DNA of 61,968 nucleotides, the filler included, from Nemertoderma westbladi (taxonomy: Eukaryota; Animalia; Xenacoelomorpha), in assembly GCA_032718475.1 (NCBI GenBank). It is 4 parts of 4 records of this genome, joined end to end, with 100 filler letters (N's around TTAATTAATTAA, not from the genome) between each part and the next. Parts side by side here need not be neighbours in the genome. Positions count along the whole stretch, not along the records: positions 40,072 to 55,543 come from JAUCBJ010000172.1; positions 55,644 to 61,968 come from JAUCBJ010000990.1; 2 more parts are not named here. The stretch is one strand, 5' to 3'. Shown here piece by piece: positions 49,751-61,968 of this stretch. The position numbers were made by a program, and so were the translations under genes. Numbering within the stretch: position 1 is the stretch's first letter; each line of letters begins with the position of its first letter. Under the pieces are notes generated by a model. The model was not told where the DNA came from. It made no database searches and saw nothing but the letters and a program-made list of their open reading frames with translations.

Positions 49751-51214
49751 TCTACTACTCTACAAGCCGACTCTATATGAAAATAAATATCATATATCTG
49801 ACTATTGTTGTTTGATTTATGTGTTTTATTAGTAAATGTGTGTTTTGGGTCTGATATTTTAATGTTTGGTTCGAATTTAAAGCATTACTTCAGGTGTATT
49901 TTTTTGGTTAACAAGTAAGTTATTTGGGGCGAAAAGTATGTGTTTTGTTCTTTTGATATTATTTTGGCCAGATTAATTTTATTGTTCCGCTTTTATGTTA
50001 TTTGGCCAATGAGTAAATTATTTGGTGCAGAAATTATGTGCTTTGCTAATTTTTTATGTTTTTTTGGAGCAAATTTTAATTGTTAGGCAATTAGTTATGA
50101 TAGAGGCTCTTCAGGCCCTTTCAATTTTGTAAAATCCTATAGCGTTGCTATAGTTTCATACGTCAACTACAATTTTATTTTTCCCCAAGTGCAATAGCAT
50201 GTTTGGCCTTACATAGGGTCTTTGTTGACCGCGATAAAATTTTAACTAGAATAACCCATTTAAATATAGTAGCACAGTATTTCTCGCCGACTCGAATGGG
50301 CATATTTCCAGGAACGAGCGTAAGGGAGTGAGTGAAATATAAAACGAGATAATGAAAGTGAAATACATGTACTTTATTTTAATCGGGTATGTCGTTTATT
50401 TTCAAGTTTCGAAGTTTTATTAATTAAAAATAGAATAATATACCGGTCCCGGAACCGTACCTGTAAGTGTGTAAGTGCATGTAGTGTGTGCTTCATAGCA
50501 CCCCATATAACATCATTGAGAATATATCAATACCCAGATCAATTTTTATAAATACTACAGTATCTATATATTAAATTAAAATAAAGTAGAACAGTTTAAT
50601 GCCATATCTAGTTGGAATATTTCTAAGGAGCACAAGTAACGTACCGTATAGATGTTGCGCTTAACAAATACGCCATGTCGAAATATGTATATTGGCGCTT
50701 TTGCGACCTGTTTATATAAGATGAGGGCGTTCTGCGGGATATAATGGCGTTTTGTAGGCATGTCATCTTAACGCCACAATGGCGATAATGCTACTTAAGA
50801 CCAAAAAATTCATCATAAGTGGCGTTTGTCATCATCCTATCATCTCTTGTATTTCATGCAACGAAAAAAGCATATGTTCCTGGGGAACGATTTATAATTC
50901 TTTTTGACGGCACCCTGGCTAGCAATAAAAAATAAACCATTTTTAATATAAACAATTAAAATGAGCATAATATTAATTAAAGCTATAAACTCATGGGGTG
51001 ACTATTAATGGCATTTATTGTGGTATATAGGCCTAAGTAAAAACACGGGACCTACAGTAAATTATCAGCAATTTACGATTTATGTTCGCATAAGAAGCCT
51101 AAGAAGTTCGCTAGGTTCACCAAAGTCAGGTTTTTTAGGATCTAATTTAGACTTTTTATCCTGCAGGCTGCATCGCATGTACCAGTTATACCAAACAGCC
51201 AATATACAAAAATT

Positions 51215-54200
51215 AAATACAGAAGCGTGATTGGCGCAAGTTTGTGGTGCTGCTTCCCAGTGGATAGTTACTGCCCACAACTCTATTCGTTTCGTAGGCC
51301 GTTCCTTTCCCCTTTGAGGCTTCACTCTTATTGTCATCTCTTGGGCTCCCTCTTGAGAATGCCTTCATTTGTGATGCGAAACAGGACGAGCGCAACCAGT
51401 CTAGTGATGGAGACGAGTTTATTCACGAAATTGGCAAATTGTTGACCTATTTATTGTTGGCACACTGTAAACATTTTACAACTAAAGTGGCGTTTCAATT
51501 CAAATTCCCATATAAAACAAATTAATAATAAGCAGAATAATTCTGCGGGTAATATTTAGGAATGTCCAGTCCAGTGTACTGTAATTTGTTTCGAAGGCCA
51601 CATTATTTACATAAACTGAACCATAACATACATGGACCTTCAAAATCATAGGCAAAACCATACCGGTATCACCTGCACTGTGACCTTAAGAGATCTAAAG
51701 ACTTACCCGAATCATCATAACCATATCGTCCCTTTCATTTTGAAACCACCTATATGCCATTTTTGCCGAAATGGTGATTTCTGCGTTTCTTTATGTTAAA
51801 ATGTATTCTGAATCCGATTAACACACTTAGAAGGCCATGCTCCCACGTATAACTGAGATATTTAACTTTTCAAAACCACCTATATGCCAGTTTTGCATAG
51901 ACCGCATGATAAAGAAATTTACGAAACGTTGATTTAAAATTGGAAACAACGAATCAGGAGCTAGAATTGTTGTTTATTATGATAGAGGGAGATTTGTTTT
52001 ATATTTTTAAAACTTAATAATCGAATTCGTCTTAAGGGTTTTAATAATTTTTGAGTGATCATTGTGAAAAATGTAATATTTTTTTTAAACAACCTATATC
52101 CCTATACATAAGTTTCCTATCTAATATGTTACATAATTCAATACCATAACTGTTTTTGTTTAAAATCGTTACATTTAATGGATTTAAAAGTAAATAAGAC
52201 CAAAATCCGGGAATATTACTTTCAAACTAAATTTGAATCGAAAATGCCGTTTTACAGGAAAATACATTTTTGTCATTTAGGTTGTTTGAAAATGAAAGGG
52301 ACGATAAAATCTTGAAACAGAACCATAACATGAAACCATAACACCAAAAAACGCAAAACTTAACCATACCATTACTCTGGGCGTACTGAAGCCATTTTAC
52401 ATATAACCTGGCGATATGTAGACTTTTAATAACCACATTGGCAAATTGTTTACATATTTAGCATCTGGCGCATGCCGAATATTTTATAACAAAATTGGTG
52501 TTTCATTACATGTTCGTAAATATTACAAATTGAGACAAGTTTTTTGATGTTCGTGTGCCAGAATATACTTAGTAGAAATGCTATGAAGAGCTCATATTAT
52601 ATAATAATATAATATACATTATATATAATTATACAATATATGAAGAGCTGAAGAGATCATATTGGCTATCGACAATTTTTGTCGAATTAAAACCATTTTA
52701 CGTAGATACTGGCGTTATGTAGTCTTTTATTCACGAAATTTGCATATTTATAGTTGGCACATTGTAAACATTTTACATCTAAATTGGCGTTTCAATTCAA
52801 ATTCCCATATAAAACAAATTGATAAGACATGTTATTTTTTATATGTCAGAAACCAAAAAATTAACTGAGCAGAATTCTGCGGGTAATATTTAGGAATGTC
52901 CAGCGTACAGTAATTTGTTTGGAAAGCCACTGAACCAATAGCAAACCTAATCTTTTCCACCTAATATTACATAATTCAATACTAACTTTTGAACCATAAT
53001 ATGGACCATAACAAAACCATACCGGTATCATTACCTGCACTGTGACCTTAAGAGATCTAAAGAATTACCCGAATCATAATCATATCTTGAAACAGAACCC
53101 TTACATGAAACCATAACAACGATAACGCAAAACTGAACCATACCATTACTCTGGGCGTATTGAAACCATTTTACATATAACCTGGCGATATGTAGACTTT
53201 TAATAACCTCATTGGCAAATTGTTAACATATTTAGCATCTGGCGCAAGCCGAATATTTTATAACAAAATTGGCGTTTCATTACATGTTCGTAAATATTAC
53301 AAATTGAGACAAGTTGTTTGTTGTTTGTGTGCCAGAATATACTTAGTAGAAATGCGGTGAAAGGAGAAGCCGGCAAATAAATGTACTTGCCCCATGTAAA
53401 TTGTTGAGAAAACCCCCATCATTAAAATTGTCTGACCGCATAAAATAGCGTGCCTATCACTCATAGGACTCAGTAAATTCGAATTTTTCATAACCGGTAT
53501 ACAGTATATAACGTTTCTGCAGCGTTCATTATTTTTAGAATTTGTTGTGCTATTAGACATGATATTACATTTTGTTGTGTTTATGTTTTGAAACTATTAT
53601 CTGGTTGTTTCTTGTGGGGGGGTGGGGGGGGGGGGGGCTGGGGGGAATTTCATATTTATATGTCATAAATAAACCCCTATCATTTAAATTAAAAAAACCG
53701 GTCATTAAAATTGAAAAAACCCCCATCATTAAAATTGTCTGATCGCATAATACGAACCTTTATCCTAACCTTAACATGAACCACATTAAAACCTTGTCAT
53801 TATTACTTGTAGGGCGTACCTAGACATTGAACAGTCCGTCATACCATACACCCATACCAATACCAGTACTGAAACGTGATTGGCGCAAGTTTTCGGTGCT
53901 GCTTCCCAGTGGATGTTTACTGTTCACACATATGTTCGTTTCATCAGCCGTTCCATCCCCTTTGGGGCTCCACTCTTAATGTCATCTCTTGGCCTGCCTC
54001 TTGAGAATGCCTTCAATCGTGAGGAGAAACCTACCGATCAGATGGCTGCCGTCGGCTGATCAGTGATTGCATTCACCAAGTTTAGCTTATTGGGGTCGGT
54101 CTGGACCAGCCCATTTATTTTGGTGAACGCAGACTTATTAAACGAGTGCAATGATAGTTGTAATGAAGACGAGTCTGTGCTGACTAAAATACTCAACCAC

Positions 54201-54735
54201 ATTAGGTTCCACCTTGGTGTAGTGGTTGCATTGAATTCACATCTCCTGTAGGTCGTGGTTTCGATCCTTACATGGGCCAGGGCAGTTTTTGTTTCGGCAC
54301 GAATGCTTTAAAGGGACCAGCCAGGGCTCATCTCTGCCTTGCATCCTTAAGTGGTAGCTAAATGAGTACTAGAGTTTCCTCTGGGGAGTTAAGTTCTGGG
54401 GGGACCGCACTGGAAATCAGACTTTGTGCGTAATCCCTGGCCAAGCGGCCGAAGAAAATTTACTTTTTTTACTTTACTTTACTTTATAACGCAAAACAGA
54501 ATCATTCCTCAAAGACACACAATGAACCATGTCGTATCCAGAACCTAAGCAGAACCACACAATAAGATCATATTGGCTATCGTCACTTTTGGCGAAATAG
54601 AACTATTTTACATACATACTGGCGTTATGTAGTCTTTTATTCACGAAATTGGCAAATTGTTCACATATTTATAGTTGGCACATTGTAAACATTTTACATC
54701 TAAATTGGCGTCCCATATAAAACAAATGAATAAGA
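51215..54735. repeat. Cluster of shuffled dispersed modules (local segmental duplications)
   Basis: 51220-51385 ~ 53868-54030; 51418-51720 ~ 52725-53080 ~ 54635-54735; 52310-52580 ~ 53085-53355. Confidence 0.7.
54210..54487 (+). mobile_element. tRNA-headed SINE with Nin/Deu-type core and (ACTTT)n tail
   Basis: A-box TGGTGTAGTGG, B-box GGTTTCGATCC, core GCCTTGCATCCTTAAGTGGTAGCTAAATGAGTAC, tail ACTTTACTTTACTTT. Confidence 0.7.
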
Positions 54736-55543
54736 CAAATGGATAGATTTATTTATACATGTAAAAATCAATAACAGATGCACCAAATAATGCATATAGG
54801 TATTGTCCAACATACTGTAGCATATAGGTTTACCCCTAAAGCTTTGCTGCTTATTTCCAAGGTCGTCCTTTTATGTTACTTGGTTACAAATACAATATTA
54901 CACTATGCTAACCTAAAACCAATATAAAACGTAATTACACTATGTACAACTTTACCGAGAACGTGAGAATTGTACGACTCAACGATAAAGATGTAACTAT
55001 GTACAGTACAATTTAATATTAATATAAAACGAAATTAAACTACGTACAACTTTAACGAGAGCGAGACAATACTCCGACTCAACGAAAAATATGTAACTAT
55101 CGCCTTTAACCATTTTCGGAATATTTAAATCCTTCACTTGAACCCCATGGGCAGCACAATGCCGCCTTAATCAATTGTAAGAATATTATTGGTTAAATTG
55201 AAATTAAATTGCATAAATTATGTAATGTAATATATTACCCTCAAACCAATAGGAATCCCTTCAAGCAATATTAAATTAACTTTTCTAGACCAGTTTTTCC
55301 TGCCGCCCAACACGAATATGAACTCCATTTTTCTTCCTCAATAGTTATAAGAAAGTTATAAGAGCATTTAAATAAAGGCGGCACCCTGCCGCCCGGGGGT
55401 GAACTTATAATTATATAAAGGCGCACACTGCCGCCTTTAAGAGCATGGTCCTGAATTATTTAGAATGAAAAATGCGGCAGTGTGCCGCCTTTTTTAAGTA
55501 TTGGTACGCAAAGGGTTAATCTGAACCATAACATGGACCATAA

Positions 55544-55643
55544 NNNNNNNNNNNNNNNNNNNNNNNNNNNNNNNNNNNNNNNNNNNNTTAATTAATTAAN
55601 NNNNNNNNNNNNNNNNNNNNNNNNNNNNNNNNNNNNNNNNNNN
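55544..55643. other. Artificial contig spacer
   Basis: 44 N + TTAATTAATTAA + 44 N. Confidence 0.95.
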
Positions 55644-55929
55644 AATTGAAATTGGTAATGTTATCGTTTATTGTTTTGGTTAGAAAATCCCGTCTCTGTA
55701 ACCTGCTCCTTTCCCTGATTTGCTAAACTGTTTATTGTTTTGGTTAGAAAATCCCGCCTCTGTAACCTGCTCCTTTCCCTCAATTAGTTAAATGATCGTT
55801 TATTGTTTTGGTTAGAAAGGCCTGCCTCTGTAACCTGCTCCTTTCCTTCATTTGGTAAAGTGACTGTTTATTGTTTTATATAATTTTTGTAAGTTTTAGT
55901 AGTAATAAGTTTTGTTTATTGTATAATTC

Positions 55930-56060
55930 AGGGGGGGCATAATTTCCTAAGGGGGGGCATTTTTTCCTAGGGAAATTTGCCCGGGGGGGCATTTTTTCCT
56001 AGGAAAATATGCCCCCCCCGGGCACATTTCCCGGGGGGGCATATTTTCCTGTTACACCGG
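55930..56060. mobile_element. Probable terminus of a non-autonomous DNA transposon
   Basis: Repeated GGGGGGGCAT(T/A)TTTCC units in both orientations, ending TTACACCGG; partner end not seen. Confidence 0.4.
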
Positions 56061-56485
56061 ATCCAGCTAAATTCCAACTATCCTAACGGTATCTATGAAA
56101 ATGGTAATCTTGTTTGTTGTGTTTCGTTATTTTTATGTTTATGTCGGTCAAAGTTGAAATATAAATCGGTGGTTACCTCGACTTTCTATTTTTCTATTTG
56201 TAATTTTTATAACAATTTTTCCAGATAGGGGGTGGGGGGGGGGGGGGGACTGGACGCAAATAAAATTCATCCCTCTCCACTCTCCAGGGGAAATTCGACG
56301 CAAATAACAGCTGGTTACTCTCAAAAATAAAACTGTAACCTGTTCTATTGTGTTTAGTTTATTGTTTTGGTTAAAATAACGCGTCACTGTAACCTGCTCT
56401 TTTCCCTAAATTGAGAATTTAATATTGAGGCGGGATATTAATTCGCCAAGACGGGATTTGCGTCCAGTCCCCCCACACCCCCCTG

Positions 56486-58749
56486 CAGGCCCGTATGGTG
56501 ATCATTATATCTGGGGGGGGCAGAGGCCAAATCTGGGGGGGCAAACTCATAACTGGGATTTGGGAAGCATATACAACCAAGTGAGAGTTAATTTAGTACA
56601 TATATAATCAATATTGTTGAAAGGCGTATGGAGCGAGCCACGAAGTTGGCGGAGCCTTGGCGAATTGACACTGTTAAAGAGAATGTCAATAATGGCAAAT
56701 AGTTGTTGACGTAGGCCTAACTATTTTGACATTAAATAACTTTGTCAGATTTAAAGCTGCCGAATTGAAAATTTGTAGGCATAAATATGTCCAAAACTTG
56801 ACATTATTTAGCGACTTTTCACCCCAACAGTTCATCAGTCTCCCGCTAGATGGCTACATGTCTAAACATTAAATGTCCTCCAAAAAAACTTGTTGTCGAA
56901 TTTAAACTCAGTTTGCACATCAGATATCAAAAAATGAGCCCAAACTTCGATATATACCAACATTTTGATTTGGGGATGACAGGAAATATTCCCACAGGCA
57001 CATGACCAGTTCCCGCCCTTCTTGGCGCAAATGAGTCATATTCCCCATTTTTGTGATGATCAACTTCTATTATTCCTACTGCATTGATATTTATGCTCAA
57101 TAGAACCGCAATGACAGATTTAGTTGGTGTAGACACCTTCAAAACAAGCATAGAGCGAATAGTTTTTGAGATATTGCAGATAATGTGAAGTCTGGCACAA
57201 GTCAAAATTAGCGCCTTGATGCGATATTGACAAATACCTGACAAATATCTCAAAACCTATTCGCTCTCTGCTTGTTTTGAAGGTGTTTAAACTCAGTTTG
57301 CACATCAGATATCAAAAAATGAGCCCAAACTTCGATATATACCAACATTTTGATTTGGGGATGACAGGAAATATTCCCACAGGCACATGACCAGTTCCCG
57401 CCCTTCTTGGCGCAAATGAGTCATATTCCCCATTTTTGTGATGATCAACTTCTATTATTCCTACTGCATTGATATTTATGCTCAATAGAACCGCAATGAC
57501 AGATTTAGTTGGTGTAGACACCTTCAAAACAAGCATAGAGCGAATAGTTTTTGAGATATTGCAGATAATGTGAAGTCTGGCACAAGTCAAAATTAGCGCC
57601 TTGATGCGATATTGACAAATACCTGACAAATATCTCAAAACCTATTCGCTCTCTGCTTGTTTTGAAGGTGTCTACAACAACTAAATCGGTCATTGCGGTT
57701 CTAAATGTGCATAATATCAATGCAGTAGGAATACACGAAGTTGATCATCACAAAATGGTCAATATGACTCACTTGTGCCAAGGGTGGGAACTGGCCATGT
57801 GCATTTGGGATTATTTCCTGTCATCCCCAAATCAAAATTTTGGTATCTATCTAAGTTTGGGCCCATTTGATGACATCTGATTTGCGAACTGAGTTGAAAT
57901 TCAAAAAAAGGTTTTTCGTTGATATTGAATGGTACAGGTACAAAACACGATGAGGTGAAATTTGAACTCAATGTCAATATGTGTTGTGTAGACCCCTATA
58001 AATTGTAAAATTGAATAGACCCCCTTGCAAAGTTTTACATTTTTGTTTTTCTAATTGAGAAGTACTATAAAATAATAAATATCACAAAATTTCGAGATAA
58101 AATATCAATGTGTGATAAAATTGTGTAAGTTTAAATCTTCGATGGGTCAAAAATGACCTCAAAGAGAGCACAAGGGTTAAATCGACTGCAGTTTTGAAGC
58201 CTGCCTTGATCACTGAAAGTGATCAAGGGCATCTGCTTAGATTTTGCTTATTTTTCTTTCAAGATTACACTTACATAAGTTTATATCACGTGCTGGGCGA
58301 AGGACCCACTTCAGGTATAATATGGTTAAGGTTAAGTTATAACAAATTATAGCTATGGATACCGGCGCAAGCAACCCTCAGCGCCAAGCCTTTTAGCTGC
58401 AAGCTGGCTCCCAAATTGCAGACAATTAGACAATTTGTCAACAACAAACAACCCCTCCGCCCTGGTAGCCAATGAGAGAACCTAGCGCTTTCGAGTATTT
58501 TTAGTAATTACAGGTACAGTAGGTAGGTATATTAATGTCATATAGTTATAGAATTGGACCAAATGGAATGATGGGGAGTCAGGTCAGGTCAGTGGGCAGG
58601 AGTATGTGAATCCAATAATATTGATTACCAACAATAATATTATTAATTAATTGTGAACAAGACGAGTGAACAATACATGTCTGGGGGGGGCAGTGGGACT
58701 TCTCTGGGGGGGCAGTGCCCCCAAAGCCCCCCCGCACGATACGGGCCTG
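56486..58749. mobile_element. hAT-type non-autonomous element (2264 bp) with internal cargo
   Basis: TIR CAGGCCCGTAT / ATACGGGCCTG, 8-bp TSD CCCCCCTG (56478-56485 and 58750-58757) and CTGGGGGGGCA subterminal repeats. Confidence 0.8.
56901..57897. repeat. Apparently identical 385-bp tandem duplication followed by a diverged inverted partial copy
   Basis: 56901-57285 = 57286-57670; 57661-57897 is the reverse complement of ~57290-57527. Confidence 0.85.
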
Positions 58750-59171
58750 CCCCCCTGTCTCAATTTTTCACACACACCACAATGAATGTAATAACAATAA
58801 TTAAGATAGGTAACTAAATATTTTTAAGTAGTTAAGCCTGCAAGCCTAAGCATTATGCGTGAGGGTCAGTGGTGGCTAACACAGGAGATTCTATTATTCT
58901 GTTATTTCAATCATCGTACACAACATAAACACAGTACCGGTACACTACGCTACAACTAATGGAAATATATTAGGAAAATGTAAGACTTAAGAATAGCCAA
59001 ATAGTATTATTATTATAGGCCTATTGTACACTTTATTTGTTTATTGCGTTTTAATTAATTGAATAGGCTAGTTTATAGTGTTTTGTTGATATAGCCCTAT
59101 TGTTTATGCCTGTATCGTTAATGAATTATTCATATTAACGCCTATAAAGCAGGAAAGAACCATATTACTGG

Positions 59172-60769
59172 ATGACACAACCTAATAGGAGGGTTATATC
59201 ACTGCACTCTCAGGAGTATATTAGTATTTGCGATAACTTTACTGTGACAAAAGACCGTTTGCGGCATACATATGAACTATGTGACGCCTACGACTTAACG
59301 AACTCTTTGATTGTGATCTCTCCTCATCCGTGTACAGTTGAGGATCTAACGCGGTATCATTCGGTAGATTACATCGAGTTCCTCAGGACTGCCAGCGATA
59401 CCGGAAGCACACCGGAGCAGGTGGAAGACGATAACTTTGGGTTAGATTACGACTGTCCCGTCAGTCAAGGCCTCTATGAATACTGCCGCTTGGTCGCTGG
59501 AGCGAGTATTACGGGAGCGAAGCTACTAGCGAAGGGATCCTGTAATGTGGCTATTAATTGGGGAGGTAGGCGGTATTATTCCCCATTATTACCAGATTAA
59601 GGCACATGTTTTGTAATTTTTCTCTGCGAAATCCGAAATTCGCAGCCAAAAAAAAATGATTTTATTATGCACATTAGTTAGCACGTTTAATTAAAAAGCC
59701 TCGCACGATGCAACGTTTGATACAGCATCATATTGTCGGCCAGGGCCCATCCATCCAGGGCCGGACCGGTCCCCTCACGCGAGCAACTTTTTTGCGGAAA
59801 TTATATGCCCCATTTTAGGAATTTGTAACTAAACCAAGAAAAGGCGGCTGGTTTGAGGCACGAGAAGGGCCTCGAATAATTCCAGAGTTCCATTACCGCT
59901 ACCGGTACTCCTGACCTGTTGCTGTTGTGATATGTTTAAACTCTAAAAATGATAAATTGTATATGAGCATTCCTTGACTCTGCTCTGCTGACTAGGTTCC
60001 CTCCTACCCGGCTTTTCTTACCTTCTTTTACTATTGTTTAGGTGGATGGCACCACGCGTTTAGCGACCACGCTAGCGGTTTCTGTTACATTAACGATGTA
60101 GTTCTCTCCATACTAACTCTCCGAGAAACTTTCTCCAGGGTCCTATACATAGACCTAGACCTGCACCACGGGGACGCGGTAGAGAACGCTTTCTGGTATA
60201 CCGACAAGGTGGTCACGCTGTCCTTCCATAAATACGAGGTTGGATTCTACCCGGGAACCGGTGCAGTGAGCGACCGAGGGGAGGGGAAGGGAACCTTCTA
60301 TGCAGTTAACGTTCCTCTTATAAGCGGAATCCGTGACCAACAATTCGTTCCTTTGTTCCGCCTTGTTGTAGAACGTCTGTTAGATAGGTTCAGACCTTCG
60401 GCGGTTGTCTGTCAGTGCGGTGCCGACTGTCTGTCCGAGGACCCCCATCTCGCGTTCAATCTAACTCCCCAGGGTTTATCCTCTTGCGTGCGGCTGTTGA
60501 TGGATTCCGGGATTCCCACGCTCCTGCTAGGGGGCGGCGGGTATCACGTGACCAACACCGCTCGGTGCTGGGCCGCGCTCACCGGGTGCGCCCTCCAGCG
60601 CCCGATGGCCGAAGATATACCGGAACATCCGTTGCTATGCGACTACGGGCCAACCTATAGTCTCGCTGTTGCTCAGGGTTACAGGCCGGATGAGAATAGC
60701 AAAGAATATATCGATGGATTATTAACTCAGATTACGAAAAACATAAATAAAATCCAAATAGAATCTTAA
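59172..60769 (+). CDS. HDAC8: Histone deacetylase 8; exons 59172-59565 and 60042-60769, ~373 aa
   Basis: FGLDYDCP, AINWG|GGWHHA...ASGFCYIND, VLYIDLDLHHGD, SFHKYEVGFYPGTG, QCGAD and LLLGGGGY; phase-1 GT-AG intron restores the frame. Confidence 0.92.
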
Positions 60770-61724
60770 AATTATTTACGACTCGTTTATATGACGAATT
60801 TTAGTGCAATAATTATTAATTATTATGTTTTTTTTAATGATTAAGAAACTGGATGTAAATCTCATCTCGGATAATTTGATGTCTATCTCGTCTCATTGTA
60901 AGGGGGAGAGGGGGGGGGGGGCATTGTACCTTTTATATGTTAAAAAAAAATTAAAAAAAACGTACGTTAGTCGATTTTTGTGCAGAATTGAATGGCTAAC
61001 CCGATTCTGTAAGTTTTGACTTCTCAACATGTTTAGTTTTGGCACATGGTGATTTTACTATGGCGTGTTTCCATAAAAAATTAAATTAACATTATTTTCA
61101 CAATAAAATGTGTTTCGTAATAAACAGACTGACAATATTTCGCCAAACATTAAAACTAACATTGGAAATGAAATCACCGACCACGAAACCCCCCGTAGTG
61201 AAAATTTTAGCCATGTCGTTTGTTTTATTGTATTATGATCGACAAATCAACATACATTTTTTAGTATCTTATACAACCCCGCGGGGGTCACCCGGACACG
61301 CCGGTAATTTAATAGTTAAAATTGAAACAGTAAAAACACACATAGGGTAATAATTAAGAAAAACATGACTGGGTCAGATCAGATGTCCGTAATAACAGTC
61401 AGTCAATATTACAACATAAAAATATTGTTTTATACGGGCCGGGCCAACTTTGTTTTGAGTGGTAGTGAAAGATTATAACAATTTTTAATGAAATTTAATA
61501 CTGATCTCATCAGATACCGTTGTATTTCCCATCGTTAATCTTGCTGATAATTCCCGTTTTGATATCTGTCAACAACTAGAGATAACGTTTGTGGGATTGC
61601 ATAGCTTGCTTTAGCGGTGTTATCAATTAAGAAATTGTCGCGCTCTCGTCACCGTAGTAATCATAATTGAGTAGAGATGCTGTCTGGGAGACCTCAGGTG
61701 ACCAAAAATAAAGGGTAACAACAG

Positions 61725-61760
61725 TTACGAGCTTTCACCCAACAGGGCTTCTTCAGGTAA
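61725..61760 (-). ncRNA. Intact minimal type I hammerhead ribozyme, probably in a Penelope-like pLTR (~61500 to window end)
   Basis: Minus strand: TTAC-CTGAAGA-A-GCCC(TGTT)GGGT-GAAA-GCTC-GTAA, with palindromic AGCT stem III and CUC cleavage triplet. Confidence 0.8.
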
Positions 61761-61968
61761 AGGAATAAAACGAATATACAGAGAGACTGCACCAGTTTAC
61801 AGAATGCAAAACAACAGTACCGGTATGTGGGGAACAGTATAATTAATTTAAATATAAACAGAAAAGGCCGAAAAAAGAATTAGATCCTAAACTACTGAAT
61901 ATGAGAAATGCACCATTGAAGTTTAACATTAACACCAAGCGATTAACCAGACAAACTGACTACTTACT

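Noticed and set aside
55105-55519. piggyBac-like MITE (TTAACC...AGGGTTAA)
   Set aside because: The left end matches the right end too poorly to call with confidence.
56927-57638. Two identical 108-aa ORFs
   Set aside because: Non-ATG starts, no recognisable domain, and produced by the 385-bp duplication inside a non-autonomous element.

Overview
AT-rich, repeat-dense animal (most likely invertebrate) genomic DNA with spliceosomal GT-AG introns. It consists of four contigs joined by artificial 100-bp spacers (44 N + TTAATTAATTAA + 44 N at 16477, 39972 and 55544). Host genes: a head-to-head pair of ecdysteroid-kinase-like (EcKL/CHK) paralogs, NUDT2 (Ap4A hydrolase), a long divergent vinculin/alpha-catenin-family gene cut by a gap, an intronless LysM protein and HDAC8. 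The rest is nested mobile DNA. A foldback-type palindrome contains a chimeric, internally deleted Bel/Pao LTR element, which itself carries an RTE LINE insertion. Also present are solo LTRs, a Penelope-like element, two PLE-type hammerhead motifs, Sola, hAT, MULE and Helentron-type elements, SINEs and minisatellites. The best lead is the Bel/Pao element: it has no tRNA-type PBS, and the 9 nt abutting its 5' LTR are the exact complement of an Inr-like motif inside that LTR. This is the geometry of Tf1-style self-priming. All calls come from reading the sequence by eye; no searches were run.
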